Assembly: GCA_037135035.1 (NCBI GenBank)
Contig: JBAXLB010000003.1
Location: forward strand, 3,548-67,547
Direction: 5' to 3'
Length of the DNA: 64,000 nucleotides
DNA from: Candidatus Adlerbacteria bacterium
GTDB lineage: Bacteria; Patescibacteriota; Minisyncoccia; Phycocordibacterales; SBAW01
Under the pieces are notes generated by a model. It was not told where the DNA came from, ran no database searches, and worked only from the letters and a program-made list of their open reading frames with translations. The position numbers were made by a program, and so were the translations under genes. Below are positions 38,126 to 48,823 of this stretch, one piece after another. The stretch's first letter is position 1. Each line of letters starts with the position of its first letter.

Positions 38126-39346
38126 CTAAATATTTGCCGTGCTGTTGTAAATTGGGAGCAATACCGCAGCAAGAAGGAAGCCGACACCGAGCGCCAGTGC
38201 AACAATAAGGGCAGGCTCTATGAGTGAAACGAGGGTGTCGACCGCGGCGTTTACTTCGCGGTTATAAAACTTGGCCATGCGCTGCAAAATATTCCCCAAC
38301 TCCCCCGTTTCTTCACCTATTTTGAGCATTTGCACCATAATAGACGGGATTTCCTGGGGGTAATGGCTAAATGTTTCTGAAATCGAACGGCCAGCTTTTA
38401 CGCCTTCGAGAGCTTCGAGGATTATCCCTTCGTATATTTGGTTTTCGATAACGCTCGACGTTACTTCAAGCGAACGGACGGCGCTAATACCTGACGTAAG
38501 CATCACGTGCATGTTGTCTGCAAACCGCGACAAGTAGAGCTTGCGGTACAACTCGCCAACATACGGAATAGAGAGTTTGAGCCGGCTCATAGCAAGTTTA
38601 CCTGTGGGCGTTTGTGCATATCGGTAGAGAAAGTACCCACCAACAATAAGTGCGATGAGGATAAAAATACCGTAGTCGGTTAAGAACGCGCTGAAGCTAA
38701 GTATTATTTGTGTAAAGAGTGGCAACTGCTGGCCGTCCCCTTCCAAAATCGAGCCGATTTTTGGGATAACAACGGTAAGCATGAGTGTCATCACCGCAAC
38801 AAAGGTGACCATAATAAACGCCGGGTATATAAGCGCGTTGCGTGCCTTGCCGGTTAATTCGTACGAGCGGTCTATATAGTCTGCCAAAAACAAAAAGGTC
38901 TGGTCGAGTTTGCCTGACTCTTCGCCCGCACGAACCATGTTGACGTAAAAGTCCGAAAAAACTTTTGGATGTTTTGCGAGTGCTTTGGAAATTGAGTCAC
39001 CGCTCTGGAGGTCGTCCCCTACGTCGGTAAGTGCTTTGCGCAAAAATGGTTTTTCGGCCTGCTCTGCAAGCAAGCGAAATACTCGCAGGGCTGATACTTG
39101 CGCTTCAAACAGCGTTGCAAGTTGGCGCGACAACAGCACCACGTCGCGGTTAGATACTCCTCCAAAAAAAGATGTGTTGTTTAAAAGCGCGCGTACGTTG
39201 TTGTCCTGGTTAATAGGAGAAATGGACGTAAGCGTGAGCCCGCGACGCTGCAGAGCTTCCACCGCAGCGTCTTGGGTAGGAGCATTGGCTGTGCCGCTCT
39301 GCGGCTTGCCTGTTTGGTCGAGACCTTCGTACTTAAATTCTGACAT
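38126..39346 (-). CDS. pilC: Type IV pilus platform protein
   Basis: Two T2SSF repeats; RQLAT, GEESG.L, ALIYP, GEETG.L, IEP. Confidence 0.95.
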   Translation of the reverse strand: MSEFKYEGLDQTGKPQSGTANAPTQDAAVEALQRRGLTLTSISPINQDNNVRALLNNTSFFGGVSNRDVVLLSRQLATLFEAQVSALRVFRLLAEQAEKPFLRKALTDVGDDLQSGDSISKALAKHPKVFSDFYVNMVRAGEESGKLDQTFLFLADYIDRSYELTGKARNALIYPAFIMVTFVAVMTLMLTVVIPKIGSILEGDGQQLPLFTQIILSFSAFLTDYGIFILIALIVGGYFLYRYAQTPTGKLAMSRLKLSIPYVGELYRKLYLSRFADNMHVMLTSGISAVRSLEVTSSVIENQIYEGIILEALEGVKAGRSISETFSHYPQEIPSIMVQMLKIGEETGELGNILQRMAKFYNREVNAAVDTLVSLIEPALIVALALGVGFLLAAVLLPIYNSTANI

Positions 39347-39352
39347 ACAATA

Positions 39353-40414
39353 TTACAACAAACGCTCCAGGGTTTTTGGGCTCCACGAACGAGCGTAGGC
39401 ACTCTCTATTGTTATCTCCCCCATGCGGACCATTTCGGCTAACGAACGGTTCATGTCTATCATGCCTTCGTCGGAACCAGTTTCTATGACGGTCTGTATT
39501 TCGTGTGTACGTTTTTCGCGTATTAAATTTGCGACAGCACCAGTATTTATAAGTAGCTCGCATGCAGGGACAAGGCCACCTGAAACGCGCGGGATAAGCC
39601 GCTGAGAGAAAATACCTGCAAGAGAGGCCGCAAGCTGCGTGCGGATTTGGTCTTGCTGGCCCCCGGGAAAAGAGTCGATAATGCGGTCAATAGTTTGTGC
39701 CGCGTTGTTTGTGTGCAATGTCGAAAACACCAAATGTCCTGTTTCTGCAGCCGTTACCGCTGCGGCCATAGTTTCTGGCGTGCGCATTTCGCCTATCATA
39801 AGCACGTTTGCATCTTGGCGAAATACCGAACGCAGACCCGACTCGAAGTCCGCCGTGTCTATATGGACTTCGCGCTGGTCAATGAGCGATTTTTTATTTT
39901 CGAACAAATATTCTATCGGGTCTTCAATCGTGACAATGTGTTCGGTGCGCTCAGAATTTATTTTGTCTATGAGTGCCGCAAGCGTGGTTGTCTTTCCCTG
40001 CCCTACCGGACCCACCACCAAAAAGAACCCTTGCTGGCGCGCAGCGAACGTTTCTATAGACGGCGGCAAGTTCAACTCGGCGAGTGTCTTGATAACTTTA
40101 GGAATTAAGCGGAGTGCCACACCCACATGTCCACGTTCGAAGTAGCCGTTCCCACGAAAGCGCGCCTTGTCTTCGTATGAGTAGGAAAAGTCGATTTCCT
40201 GTGTTTCTAAAAAGCGTTTTTTATGCTCGGGGCTCAACATTTCTGCAAGGAGGCCCATGACGTCGTCGTTTGAAAGTACCGGCTCGGACAAAAGCGGCGT
40301 GAGTGTATGCGACACACGGATAACTGGCTGTATTCCTGCACCCAAGTGCAAGTCCGACGCGCCTTGCGCGATAAGAAGCGCAATAAGTTCAGCTAGTTTC
40401 TTTTTGTAGTCCAT
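39353..40414 (-). CDS. pilT: Pilus retraction ATPase
   Basis: ASDLHL, GP.GQGKTTTLA, TIEDPIE, GEMR, AAETGHLVFSTLH. Confidence 0.95.
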   Translation of the reverse strand: MDYKKKLAELIALLIAQGASDLHLGAGIQPVIRVSHTLTPLLSEPVLSNDDVMGLLAEMLSPEHKKRFLETQEIDFSYSYEDKARFRGNGYFERGHVGVALRLIPKVIKTLAELNLPPSIETFAARQQGFFLVVGPVGQGKTTTLAALIDKINSERTEHIVTIEDPIEYLFENKKSLIDQREVHIDTADFESGLRSVFRQDANVLMIGEMRTPETMAAAVTAAETGHLVFSTLHTNNAAQTIDRIIDSFPGGQQDQIRTQLAASLAGIFSQRLIPRVSGGLVPACELLINTGAVANLIREKRTHEIQTVIETGSDEGMIDMNRSLAEMVRMGEITIESAYARSWSPKTLERLL

Positions 40415-40423
40415 ACAATGTTC

Positions 40424-42268
40424 TTAAATTTGTACTTCTTTTCCTGGTACGTCGTCACCTCCATCTGCAGCAAGTGCTTCGGGAGCTGGAGGCGGCATAG
40501 GCGCTGTTTCTATATCGTCTTCCAGTTCATACTGACCTCCGAGTGTGTTTACTTCTTCGAACGGGATAATACCTTTTGCACTTTTAATAATAGCATCTTC
40601 TTTCATGGTCAACATACCGTGTCTGCGCACGGTTGCGAACATTTCCTCTTCGGGCTTGTGTTCGAGAATCGCTTTTTCAAGTTCTGGGTTCATGTCGAAC
40701 ACCTCAACGACCGCAATACGCCCCTGTGTGCCCGACGGACACTCGGGCGTCACTTGCAAACGATGCACGGTGTCGAGTGGTGGCAAGTTTTTTCTAAATT
40801 CTTCGGGCAGGTCCTCAAATTCTTTTGTAAACATTTCCTGCATGCTTTCCTCTGCAACAACCTGCTTACCGCCGCCTTTGCACAACGTACGGACAAGGCG
40901 TTGCGCCATACCTAAAATAAGCACGGGCGGTATAAGGTAGGGCTCTACACCCATGTCCAAAAGACGCGGAATGATACCAATGGAGTTGTTGGTGTGTATA
41001 GTCGAAAGCACCAAGTGGCCCGTAAGTGCTGCTTGCACCGCTAAGTTTGCTGTTTCTGCATCGCGGATTTCGCCGACCATAATAATGTTTGGGTCTTGGC
41101 GCAAGGTTGTGCGCAAACCAGTTGCAAACGTGTAGCCAATTTCTGGGCGGATTTGACTTTGCGACACACCGGCAATGGTATATTCGACCGGGTCTTCAAG
41201 CGAAAGGACATTCTGCCCTTCGCGGTCAATTTCGTTTAACAGTGCATACAATGTGGTCGACTTACCCGAGCCTGTTGGGCCCGACACCAACACCAACCCA
41301 TACGGTTTTTTTATTGCCGCGCGTATAAGCGCAATGTCGCGCGTAGACATCCCTAAACTCTCAAGACGCAAGTCCTGCGCGGCCGAACCCAAAATACGCA
41401 TCACGACCTTTTCGCCGTAGTAGGTTGGAAATGTCGAAACACGAAAGTCTATTTTGTCAGTACCAACCCGCGCAGAAAAGCGGCCGTCCTGAGGTTTGCG
41501 CTTTTCGTCCAGGCGCATGTTAGACAGCACTTTGATACGTGCCACGACCGAGCTGTGCACTTTGGAAGGTAGTGTTAGGTTGGTGATAAGCACGCCGTCG
41601 ATACGAAACCGCACACGTGTTTGTTCGGCCATAGGTTCGATATGGATGTCAGACGCGCGCTGCTCTGAGGCATGTTGCAGCACCGTTGCAACAATTTTTG
41701 TCACAGGTGCGCCTTCGCTCACCGCCTCTGCTGTGTCTGTCACCTCTTCGTCTTCGATAGAAATATTGCGCTTTGTTTCTTCGGCGTGAATGTCTGTGGT
41801 ACTTTCAGTTTCGAGATCGTTCAAAGCTTTTCCCACTTCACCGGAGAGTCCTTTATATTCGAGAAGGAGTTTTGCAAAGTCGGCCTCACTTATGAGAAAT
41901 ACTTTGTATGGCATCCCCACTTTTGCCGAAATAAATGTCAGTGCATCGCGCGCCTCGAGATTGTCGGGGTCGGTTACACCAACAAGCAGCGCGCCGTCTT
42001 CCACTCCAAGCGGGACAAAATGGTAGTGTCTCGCAGATTCTTCGGGGATGTAGCTAAGTGTGCTAAACGGCACAGGTTCGGACCCCAGCTCACGTACAGG
42101 GGTGCCGTAGTATGCACCCTTGGCTTTAAGAATTTCTTCGGCCGGAACGCCAGCAGCCATAAACACCTCCTCTGCGTTTGCGCCGGGCTTGCCGAGCTCT
42201 AGCCGGAGCGCAGGCACGAGCGTGGCGTCTATAGCCCCAGTTTGTAAAAGAAGCGCGAGTAGGTCCAT
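40424..42268 (-). CDS. pilB: Pilus assembly ATPase
   Basis: ASDIHIEP, PQDGR, GPTGSGKSTTLY, EDPVE, LRQDP..IMVGEIRD; start MDLL at 42268. Confidence 0.95.
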   Translation of the reverse strand: MDLLALLLQTGAIDATLVPALRLELGKPGANAEEVFMAAGVPAEEILKAKGAYYGTPVRELGSEPVPFSTLSYIPEESARHYHFVPLGVEDGALLVGVTDPDNLEARDALTFISAKVGMPYKVFLISEADFAKLLLEYKGLSGEVGKALNDLETESTTDIHAEETKRNISIEDEEVTDTAEAVSEGAPVTKIVATVLQHASEQRASDIHIEPMAEQTRVRFRIDGVLITNLTLPSKVHSSVVARIKVLSNMRLDEKRKPQDGRFSARVGTDKIDFRVSTFPTYYGEKVVMRILGSAAQDLRLESLGMSTRDIALIRAAIKKPYGLVLVSGPTGSGKSTTLYALLNEIDREGQNVLSLEDPVEYTIAGVSQSQIRPEIGYTFATGLRTTLRQDPNIIMVGEIRDAETANLAVQAALTGHLVLSTIHTNNSIGIIPRLLDMGVEPYLIPPVLILGMAQRLVRTLCKGGGKQVVAEESMQEMFTKEFEDLPEEFRKNLPPLDTVHRLQVTPECPSGTQGRIAVVEVFDMNPELEKAILEHKPEEEMFATVRRHGMLTMKEDAIIKSAKGIIPFEEVNTLGGQYELEDDIETAPMPPPAPEALAADGGDDVPGKEVQI

Positions 42269-42284
42269 AGCAAATAACAGCGCA

Positions 42285-42671
42285 CTAGTGCGTCGTAGTA
42301 GGAGTTTTTGTTGGGGTTTTTGTTTTCGTGCTTGCAGGGGTTGAAGCCGCGGGTACCGGAGGTGCTGGTGGTGGAGCAGTGAGCGACAAAAATGGGTTAC
42401 GGCGCCCGACAGGCTGAGGCGGGATAATGACGCCATAGTCGGTCAACGAAACAAATGCAGGGTTTGAAAAGATACTGCCGTCGAGGCGAAGCGTATGCAA
42501 ATTTGAAAGTGTTACGAGTAAGTCTCTCGAGACTGACGGCTCACTCGGGTCAGCTGACGACGACAATGTCGGCGTATTCGTGTTACCCGAAAAAAACAAC
42601 ATCCCGAGTAACAAAAGAACAGCGAGTATGACTCCTCCGGTTACCATTTTATTTTTTTTAAGAAAATCCAT
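42285..42671 (-). CDS. PilP-position hypothetical protein
   Basis: N-terminal TM; GR.NPF; position in the operon. Confidence 0.7.
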   Translation of the reverse strand: MDFLKKNKMVTGGVILAVLLLLGMLFFSGNTNTPTLSSSADPSEPSVSRDLLVTLSNLHTLRLDGSIFSNPAFVSLTDYGVIIPPQPVGRRNPFLSLTAPPPAPPVPAASTPASTKTKTPTKTPTTTH

Positions 42672-42679
42672 AGAAGATA

Positions 42680-43231
42680 TTAATGAAGCCAGTACGTCCG
42701 TATGTCGACAGAGTACACATTAAGGTCGCCCGGCCCGGTGTTAAACGATATCTTGTCTATATCTACAATACGCAAGCTGTGTTCGAGGTCTTGCAAAAAT
42801 ACTAGGAAGTCGTCGTATTTTGCCGCAACCGAAAACCCAACCTGTACCGAACCTACCGCCGCTCCCGAGGAACCTACTGCCAAAGCGCTCCTTTTTTGGT
42901 CGCTGTCGGAGACACTGCCAAGCTCTACGGTTGAAAGTGCTAACCCGTGTCTGGCAGCAATATTGTTGATGTCTATTATTAAGCGGATGTTGTCGACGTT
43001 GTCGGGGAGCACGTGACTTAGCTTTATCACATTGTCGTTCGAAAATGATGCGCGAGTTGCAAGTAGCCTGTCACGCAAACTATGTAGCTCTGCCGACTTA
43101 GTGAGAGCGTCGTCGTACGATGCATTTTGAACTGAAAGATTTTTTATCGTTTGATACGCAGGGTTGGTATACAGCACAAACAACCCAAGTGCTGCCGCAA
43201 ACAAAAATACTGGAAGGATAATTCGTTTCAT
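42680..43231 (-). CDS. PilO-like protein
   Basis: TM + coiled coil; LP, Y..F..FL..LE...RI.D. Confidence 0.8.
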   Translation of the reverse strand: MKRIILPVFLFAAALGLFVLYTNPAYQTIKNLSVQNASYDDALTKSAELHSLRDRLLATRASFSNDNVIKLSHVLPDNVDNIRLIIDINNIAARHGLALSTVELGSVSDSDQKRSALAVGSSGAAVGSVQVGFSVAAKYDDFLVFLQDLEHSLRIVDIDKISFNTGPGDLNVYSVDIRTYWLH

Positions 43232-43234
43232 ATA

Positions 43235-43882
43235 CTAGGGTACAAAATTTGGCGTAGTTCCTGATGCGGGGGCGCTCTGCTGCGGCAGAGTCTGTGCTAC
43301 ACCTAAATTTTTGGTGTAGTTAATAAGCGACGGGTCGACTGTGGCAGTAACATTAAACGTCACTTTGCCCACGAGCCCCACCTTAATGTCCGAAAACACA
43401 ACATTTTTAAGAACTTTGCTTGCACTAAATTGGTCGCTTTGGAGCGCGACGGTTGCAAATGAGTCGGCCTGCCCCGCAAGCACAACCGTTGCCGAATTGC
43501 CGCCCTGTAAGTTGTACGTAAGGCTTACAAATTGAACTGCCTGGAGAGTTTGGCTGCCGAGGAAATTAAAAATAGCAGACGGAGCAACGTGGTTTTGCAG
43601 AAGTAATTGTGCGTTGTTGATGCGAGAGTCCATGCGTATCAGGTCTTGTATGGTCGAGATGTCGAACGCGCCCTCGGCCTTTGCGAGAGAGTCGGACTTT
43701 GACGCGAGTGACGACGCGAGCAAGGTCTGGTAGCCAAACACACCTCCGGCAGCAACCAACGAAACAATAAATATGAACAGAGCAATAAAAAAGAAGAGGC
43801 CAAACCCCCCACCTTCGCGGTACGGCTTTCCACTGTCGAGTGGTTTTTTTGGTATGAACGATGCGGAAATTTGAGAATCCAT
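43235..43882 (-). CDS. PilN-like protein
   Basis: SFIPK N-terminus, TM; G.A.SF..VA.Q. Confidence 0.75.
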   Translation of the reverse strand: MDSQISASFIPKKPLDSGKPYREGGGFGLFFFIALFIFIVSLVAAGGVFGYQTLLASSLASKSDSLAKAEGAFDISTIQDLIRMDSRINNAQLLLQNHVAPSAIFNFLGSQTLQAVQFVSLTYNLQGGNSATVVLAGQADSFATVALQSDQFSASKVLKNVVFSDIKVGLVGKVTFNVTATVDPSLINYTKNLGVAQTLPQQSAPASGTTPNFVP

Positions 43883-43957
43883 TCTTTGTAAGTATACCGT
43901 GCAAATAAAAACAAGAAGAACTCTATCAACACATGCGCCAGCCGACCGGTTGGTGTG

Positions 43958-45055
43958 TTATCCAATTTCCTGCAAGCGCCGCAGCGCCAACCCCACCGCA
44001 ACCGAAAACTCCGGTCCAGCTTCTCGCAGAATTTCTTCCAAAAAGGCTGGTGCCTGCGTTTTGCTAAACGGGTCGGCAAGACGGATTTCTGTCTGTATCG
44101 ACTTTTGCGCAAATTCTTTCATACCTTTCAACGTTGCACCGCCGCCGGTTAACACAAGTGCGCCGAGTGACTGGTTTTTAGCCGCCTCATACGCTGCAAT
44201 AGTCCGCGAGAGTTCGGACAGCACTATGCCTAGGGAAAGTTCTAGCGATTGTTTTAAGTTTGCAACGCCTGCGGTCGCTATGTCTCCTGTCAGACCAAAC
44301 TTACGCTTGCGCTGTTCGGCTTCTGCTACGGTGATACCAAGCGCTCTGCCCGCCGCCAAGGTTAAGTCTTGGCTGCCGTGGCTGATAATATGGCTTTCGT
44401 GTATTACGCCGCGCTCGACAACATAAAATTTAGTTGTTGCTGCACCCATGTCGACCACTGCAACTGGTGCAATGCCGTGGTCGAGCGCGGCACGTGCGGC
44501 ACTAAAGACTTCTATCTCAAAAAAACCTAACTCCAAGTTTGCGGTGCCCGCAATGGAGCGAAACTTTGTAATTGTATCGTTGTGTATAGCCACCAGCAGT
44601 ACTTCAATTTTGCCGGTAGGGCTGGCGTTTTTTTCGCCTTCGCCACCGCTTATAACAAACCAGTCGAGCAGTACTTCGTTAATCGGGACAGGAATATATT
44701 TACGCGCCTCAAGTGGCATGACCGTTGCGAGCTGTTTTTCAACCGATGCAGGCAGGGTAACTATCGACACCAGGCTCGACGAGTACGGGATAGAAATTGC
44801 AGCGTCGGCGGTGGTGACATTTGCTTCTCGTATCACATCTTTAAGAGCTTCGGCGATTTTTTCGGCCGGCAAGGCCGTCGCACGACCAACTTCAATGTCT
44901 GCATACGGCCCGAGCGCAATAGCACCGTATGTTTCAAGTACCACACGACCCTTTTCGCGCCGCAGCTGTACTATTTTTATCGACGACGTGCCGATGTCAA
45001 CGCCAAGCACACTTTTTACTTCCTTAGAGAAGAGTGATGAAAAGGAAAATGCCAT
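43958..45055 (-). CDS. pilM: Type IV pilus assembly protein PilM
   Basis: GVDIG.SSIK, EA..YIP, VDMGA..T, LTGGGA, AVGLALR. Confidence 0.95.
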   Translation of the reverse strand: MAFSFSSLFSKEVKSVLGVDIGTSSIKIVQLRREKGRVVLETYGAIALGPYADIEVGRATALPAEKIAEALKDVIREANVTTADAAISIPYSSSLVSIVTLPASVEKQLATVMPLEARKYIPVPINEVLLDWFVISGGEGEKNASPTGKIEVLLVAIHNDTITKFRSIAGTANLELGFFEIEVFSAARAALDHGIAPVAVVDMGAATTKFYVVERGVIHESHIISHGSQDLTLAAGRALGITVAEAEQRKRKFGLTGDIATAGVANLKQSLELSLGIVLSELSRTIAAYEAAKNQSLGALVLTGGGATLKGMKEFAQKSIQTEIRLADPFSKTQAPAFLEEILREAGPEFSVAVGLALRRLQEIG

Positions 45056-45096
45056 AATGAGGTGAGATGAACACTTGCTAGTATATCATTAGTAGC

Positions 45097-45717
45097 ATGT
45101 CTCTCTACTCTTTTTTCTCTATACTTATCGACATTGTAGCGCCTCCACGCAGAACAGAAAATATTGTCCGCGCATTAACCTTGCCGCAGTTGCAACTACT
45201 CGTATTGCGCGGCGACCGAGCAGGCAGCCTTCCCTATCACGACAAACGTGTGACAGCACTTGTGTGGGAATTAAAATATTATGCACATCCGCGTGCTGCA
45301 GTACTTGCCGGCGCAATACTTTCTGAAGTGCTCATTGGAATAGCTTCAGAAGAATTAGGAAAGCCTGTACTTGTACCCATACCGATACATGCAGCCAGAA
45401 GGCGCCAGCGCGGACACAACCAAACAGAGGTGTTGTGCAGAGCTGCGCTCGTACATGCGAGTAGTTTTTTTGACTACGTACCGTATGCACTTACGCGAAC
45501 CCGTGCCACTCCTCCACAACAAGGCCTACATAAACATCTACGACTTACAAACATAGAAGGTTCGATGCAGGTACAAGACCCAAAAAAAATTGCGGGCCGT
45601 GTATGCGTAGTTGTAGACGACGTTTCAACAACGGGTGCCACCTTTGCTGAAGCAACGCGGGCATTAAAAAAAGCAGGTGCCGCACGGGTTGAATGTGTCG
45701 CCTTAGCGTATTCCTAA
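45097..45717 (+). CDS. comF: ComF-family phosphoribosyltransferase-like protein
   Basis: LKY, VPIP....R...RG.NQ, VVVDDV.TTGAT. Confidence 0.9.
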   Translation: MSLYSFFSILIDIVAPPRRTENIVRALTLPQLQLLVLRGDRAGSLPYHDKRVTALVWELKYYAHPRAAVLAGAILSEVLIGIASEELGKPVLVPIPIHAARRRQRGHNQTEVLCRAALVHASSFFDYVPYALTRTRATPPQQGLHKHLRLTNIEGSMQVQDPKKIAGRVCVVVDDVSTTGATFAEATRALKKAGAARVECVALAYS

Positions 45718-45724
45718 CGGGATG

Positions 45725-48700
45725 CTATTTTAGCCCTTTCTTTTGTTGTGTGCGGAAAAATAATACAGGAACGAGCACGAGTGTAAGGCAGATAGCAAAC
45801 CCAAGTCCAAACATAACTGAAAATGCGAGCGGCCCCCACGTAGGGTTGGACTCTGCAAGCGGGATCATACCAACAATGGTTGTAACGGTGGTGAGGAAAA
45901 TAGGACGTAGGCGCGTTGCAGAAGACTCTACGACCGAGTCAATAAGTGCCATGTTCGGCTCGGCGTGGAGCTGGTGGATCATCGAGTCCATCAAAATAAT
46001 CGCGTGGTTAATAATCACGCCACCAAGTGCAATGATGCCAAGCAGTGACGTAAACGACACCGGCTGCCCGGTAAGTGCCAAACCGTCGAGCACACCAATA
46101 AGCGAGAGCGGCACAATAAGCAGCAACTGGAAGGTGTAGCGAATAGAGTTAAAGCACAAAATAAGAATCATGAACATCAGCACGAGCCCTGCGATAAGTG
46201 CGACAAACATTTCTATAAACGAACGCGTGATGTCTTCTGTCTCCCCACCGTATGCGACGGCAACGCCTGTAGGCAGACGCAACTCCACTACACGTTTTTG
46301 AAATTCTGTGACCACTGCAGTTGCGGTTGTTTTGTCGTCAGGGTAGGCAGAAATTGTTTCGACACGAGTTTTTTCTATATGCGCAATGTTTGCATTGCTT
46401 GGACCCAGCGTGTCGTCGAGGACCGTACCAAGCAGCACCGGCCCTGCAGTACCCTGTATGGTGAGGTTTTTTATCGTATCAATTGTCGTACGGGATGTGT
46501 CAGACGGGTCGGTGTAGTTGGCATTTAAGTTGAGCTTAACCACGACGTCGATGTCTTTAGATGGCTGTGTGATGCTGGTTGCCTTGGTGCCTTGTATAGC
46601 AGCGCGTAATGTTTGCGCGACAACTTGCGTGCTCAAACCTAGCGCTGTGGCTTTACCCCTGTTAACAGTCAAGTCAAACTCGGTACCATTGTTTTGTGTT
46701 GTTGCCGTAACGTTGGTGACGTGCGGAATAGTAGCGAGCAGTTGCTTCCCTGCTTCTGCCGCTTTGACCAAGTCGTTAAGATTGTCACCTTTAAACTGAA
46801 TTTGGATAGGTGCCCCCGCGGACGGACCGTTGTTTGCTTGCAGTACTTGAACCGACGCGTCTGTTACAACCGCAAGGCGCTGCCCCAATTCGTTTGCAAT
46901 TTCGGTACTGGTTTTTTTATGACCAAGCGGCAAGTTGACCGTAATATTTGCTTGGTTGCTGCCCGCAGAGCCCCCGCCCCCTGCCACACCAGAGCTTTGT
47001 CCTACTGTCGTTTGTAGTGATGAAATGTCCGGGTCCGCATAGAGCAACTCTTCGATTTCGCGGACCGTAAGGTCAGTTGTGGACAATGTTGTGCCTTGGG
47101 GTTTTTGGATGTTGATATACACAAAGTCTTGGTCGTCTTGTGGAAAGAATGTTGTCTGCACCAGGCCCGTAAACGGCAGCGCGAGCGAGAGGGTAAACAA
47201 TATACCGAGCGTCCACAAAAAACGGCGTTGCAAACGCGCACTCGCCAGGATTTTGTGTAGATTATTTTTGTACCAATGCGTTGCCTTGTCGGTATACATT
47301 TCCTGCCACTCTTCAAACCGGCTCTGTCCTGACTGCTTGGTAAACAACACTGCAATAAGTGGGACAATGCCGAGCGCCACAAAAATCGACGCCATAAGCA
47401 CAAAGATAAGTGTGTATGGAATACCCGCAATAAATTTACCTATGATGCCGGAAATAAAAAAGAGTGGAGCGAACACTGCGACCGTTGCCATAGTTCCCGC
47501 AATAAGCGGCCACGCATAGTCGTGTAGCGCCGCACGTGCAGCATCCATGGGGTTGCCGTGCACCTTCATGCGGGCGTGAATAGCTTCTGTCACCACAATG
47601 CCGGAGTCCACCAAAATACCTACCGCCAAAATAAGCGCAAAGAGGCTTATGAAGTTAAGTGTATTGCCGGTGAAGTACAGCCCAATAAACGCAATGAGAA
47701 ACGACAGCGGTATGGCGAGCGCAGCTACAATTGACTCGCGCCATCCGATGGTCAGAAGCAGCACAATAATAACGAGCCCGACTGTTTCCAATCCTGTTTT
47801 GGTTAAGTCACCCAACTGTTTACGCACCTGGACACCTTGGTCGGTCGACGGTGAGATAAATACATCGAGCCCTTTAAGTGTTGTACTCTGGAGGCTTGCT
47901 ACTTTTGCTTTGACTGCATCGGCAACTCCCTGCACACTTGCACCTGCTTGTTTGGAAATAAGCAGCGTCATTGCCTGGTTACTAGGCTTGCCGCCAAGGG
48001 AGAGGCGCGAATATGTTGTTGCAGGCGCAAGCGCGTCTGAGACTACTGCAATATCGCGCACATATATAGGAATATTATTTTTTGACCCTACAGCAATGTC
48101 TTGTATTTCCTTTGGGTCGGTAATGCCGCCTTTAAAGTTAACGTTGTAGTTAACACCATCCATAGAAATACTTCCGGCAGGTGCCGCAACATTTGCTGCA
48201 CGAATAGCCGCAATAATGTCTATAAGCCGCAGGCCGTACTGCTGAAGTTGCTCCTTACTGACAACAACTGTTACTTGCCGGTCGGGTACGCCGGCAATAG
48301 AAATGTCAGACACTCCCGTAACACTTTTTATCTCGTCAGAAATGGTCGTGCCGAGTGCAGAAAATTCTGTAAGTGGTAAGTCGCCCGAAATAGAAACAAC
48401 GAGCACCGGCTGGTTGCTGATATCAACTTTACTTACCTGCGGTGTAGTAGCATCTGTAGGAAGTTCCGGAACTGCTTTTGCGACAACATCACGCAGCTCC
48501 TGTATCGACTGAGTAACGTCGGCGCTTGCATCAAATTCGACTGTTACAACAGACACGCCGTCGCTCGAATTAGACGTAACTTTGTGTACGTTGCTCAAGC
48601 CCGAAATTTTGTTTTCGAGTTTGTCGGTAACAAGCGTCTCCATGTCGGCAGCCGACGCACCTGGCAGTGCAACCGACACAATGCCGTCGGGTATAACAAT

Positions 48701-48820
48701 AGATGGCGAATTTTCCTTTGGAATTTGGAGTAGCGAGTAGAACCCTGCAATAACCAACGTACCAATAAGTACGTAGCTAAACTGTTTCCGTTCAAGAAAA
48801 AAGTTCCAAAGCCAAAGCAT
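45725..48820 (-). CDS. RND (AcrB-family) permease
   Basis: PGAS..DME, AIP.S, GILVD..IVV.E, RLRPI.LT..TT. Confidence 0.95.
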   Translation of the reverse strand: MLWLWNFFLERKQFSYVLIGTLVIAGFYSLLQIPKENSPSIVIPDGIVSVALPGASAADMETLVTDKLENKISGLSNVHKVTSNSSDGVSVVTVEFDASADVTQSIQELRDVVAKAVPELPTDATTPQVSKVDISNQPVLVVSISGDLPLTEFSALGTTISDEIKSVTGVSDISIAGVPDRQVTVVVSKEQLQQYGLRLIDIIAAIRAANVAAPAGSISMDGVNYNVNFKGGITDPKEIQDIAVGSKNNIPIYVRDIAVVSDALAPATTYSRLSLGGKPSNQAMTLLISKQAGASVQGVADAVKAKVASLQSTTLKGLDVFISPSTDQGVQVRKQLGDLTKTGLETVGLVIIVLLLTIGWRESIVAALAIPLSFLIAFIGLYFTGNTLNFISLFALILAVGILVDSGIVVTEAIHARMKVHGNPMDAARAALHDYAWPLIAGTMATVAVFAPLFFISGIIGKFIAGIPYTLIFVLMASIFVALGIVPLIAVLFTKQSGQSRFEEWQEMYTDKATHWYKNNLHKILASARLQRRFLWTLGILFTLSLALPFTGLVQTTFFPQDDQDFVYINIQKPQGTTLSTTDLTVREIEELLYADPDISSLQTTVGQSSGVAGGGGSAGSNQANITVNLPLGHKKTSTEIANELGQRLAVVTDASVQVLQANNGPSAGAPIQIQFKGDNLNDLVKAAEAGKQLLATIPHVTNVTATTQNNGTEFDLTVNRGKATALGLSTQVVAQTLRAAIQGTKATSITQPSKDIDVVVKLNLNANYTDPSDTSRTTIDTIKNLTIQGTAGPVLLGTVLDDTLGPSNANIAHIEKTRVETISAYPDDKTTATAVVTEFQKRVVELRLPTGVAVAYGGETEDITRSFIEMFVALIAGLVLMFMILILCFNSIRYTFQLLLIVPLSLIGVLDGLALTGQPVSFTSLLGIIALGGVIINHAIILMDSMIHQLHAEPNMALIDSVVESSATRLRPIFLTTVTTIVGMIPLAESNPTWGPLAFSVMFGLGFAICLTLVLVPVLFFRTQQKKGLK

Positions 48821-48823
48821 ACG

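Noticed and set aside
33841-45717. Type IV pilus/competence cluster as a novel system
   Set aside because: Standard for CPR genomes; only the leader-peptide insertions are unusual.
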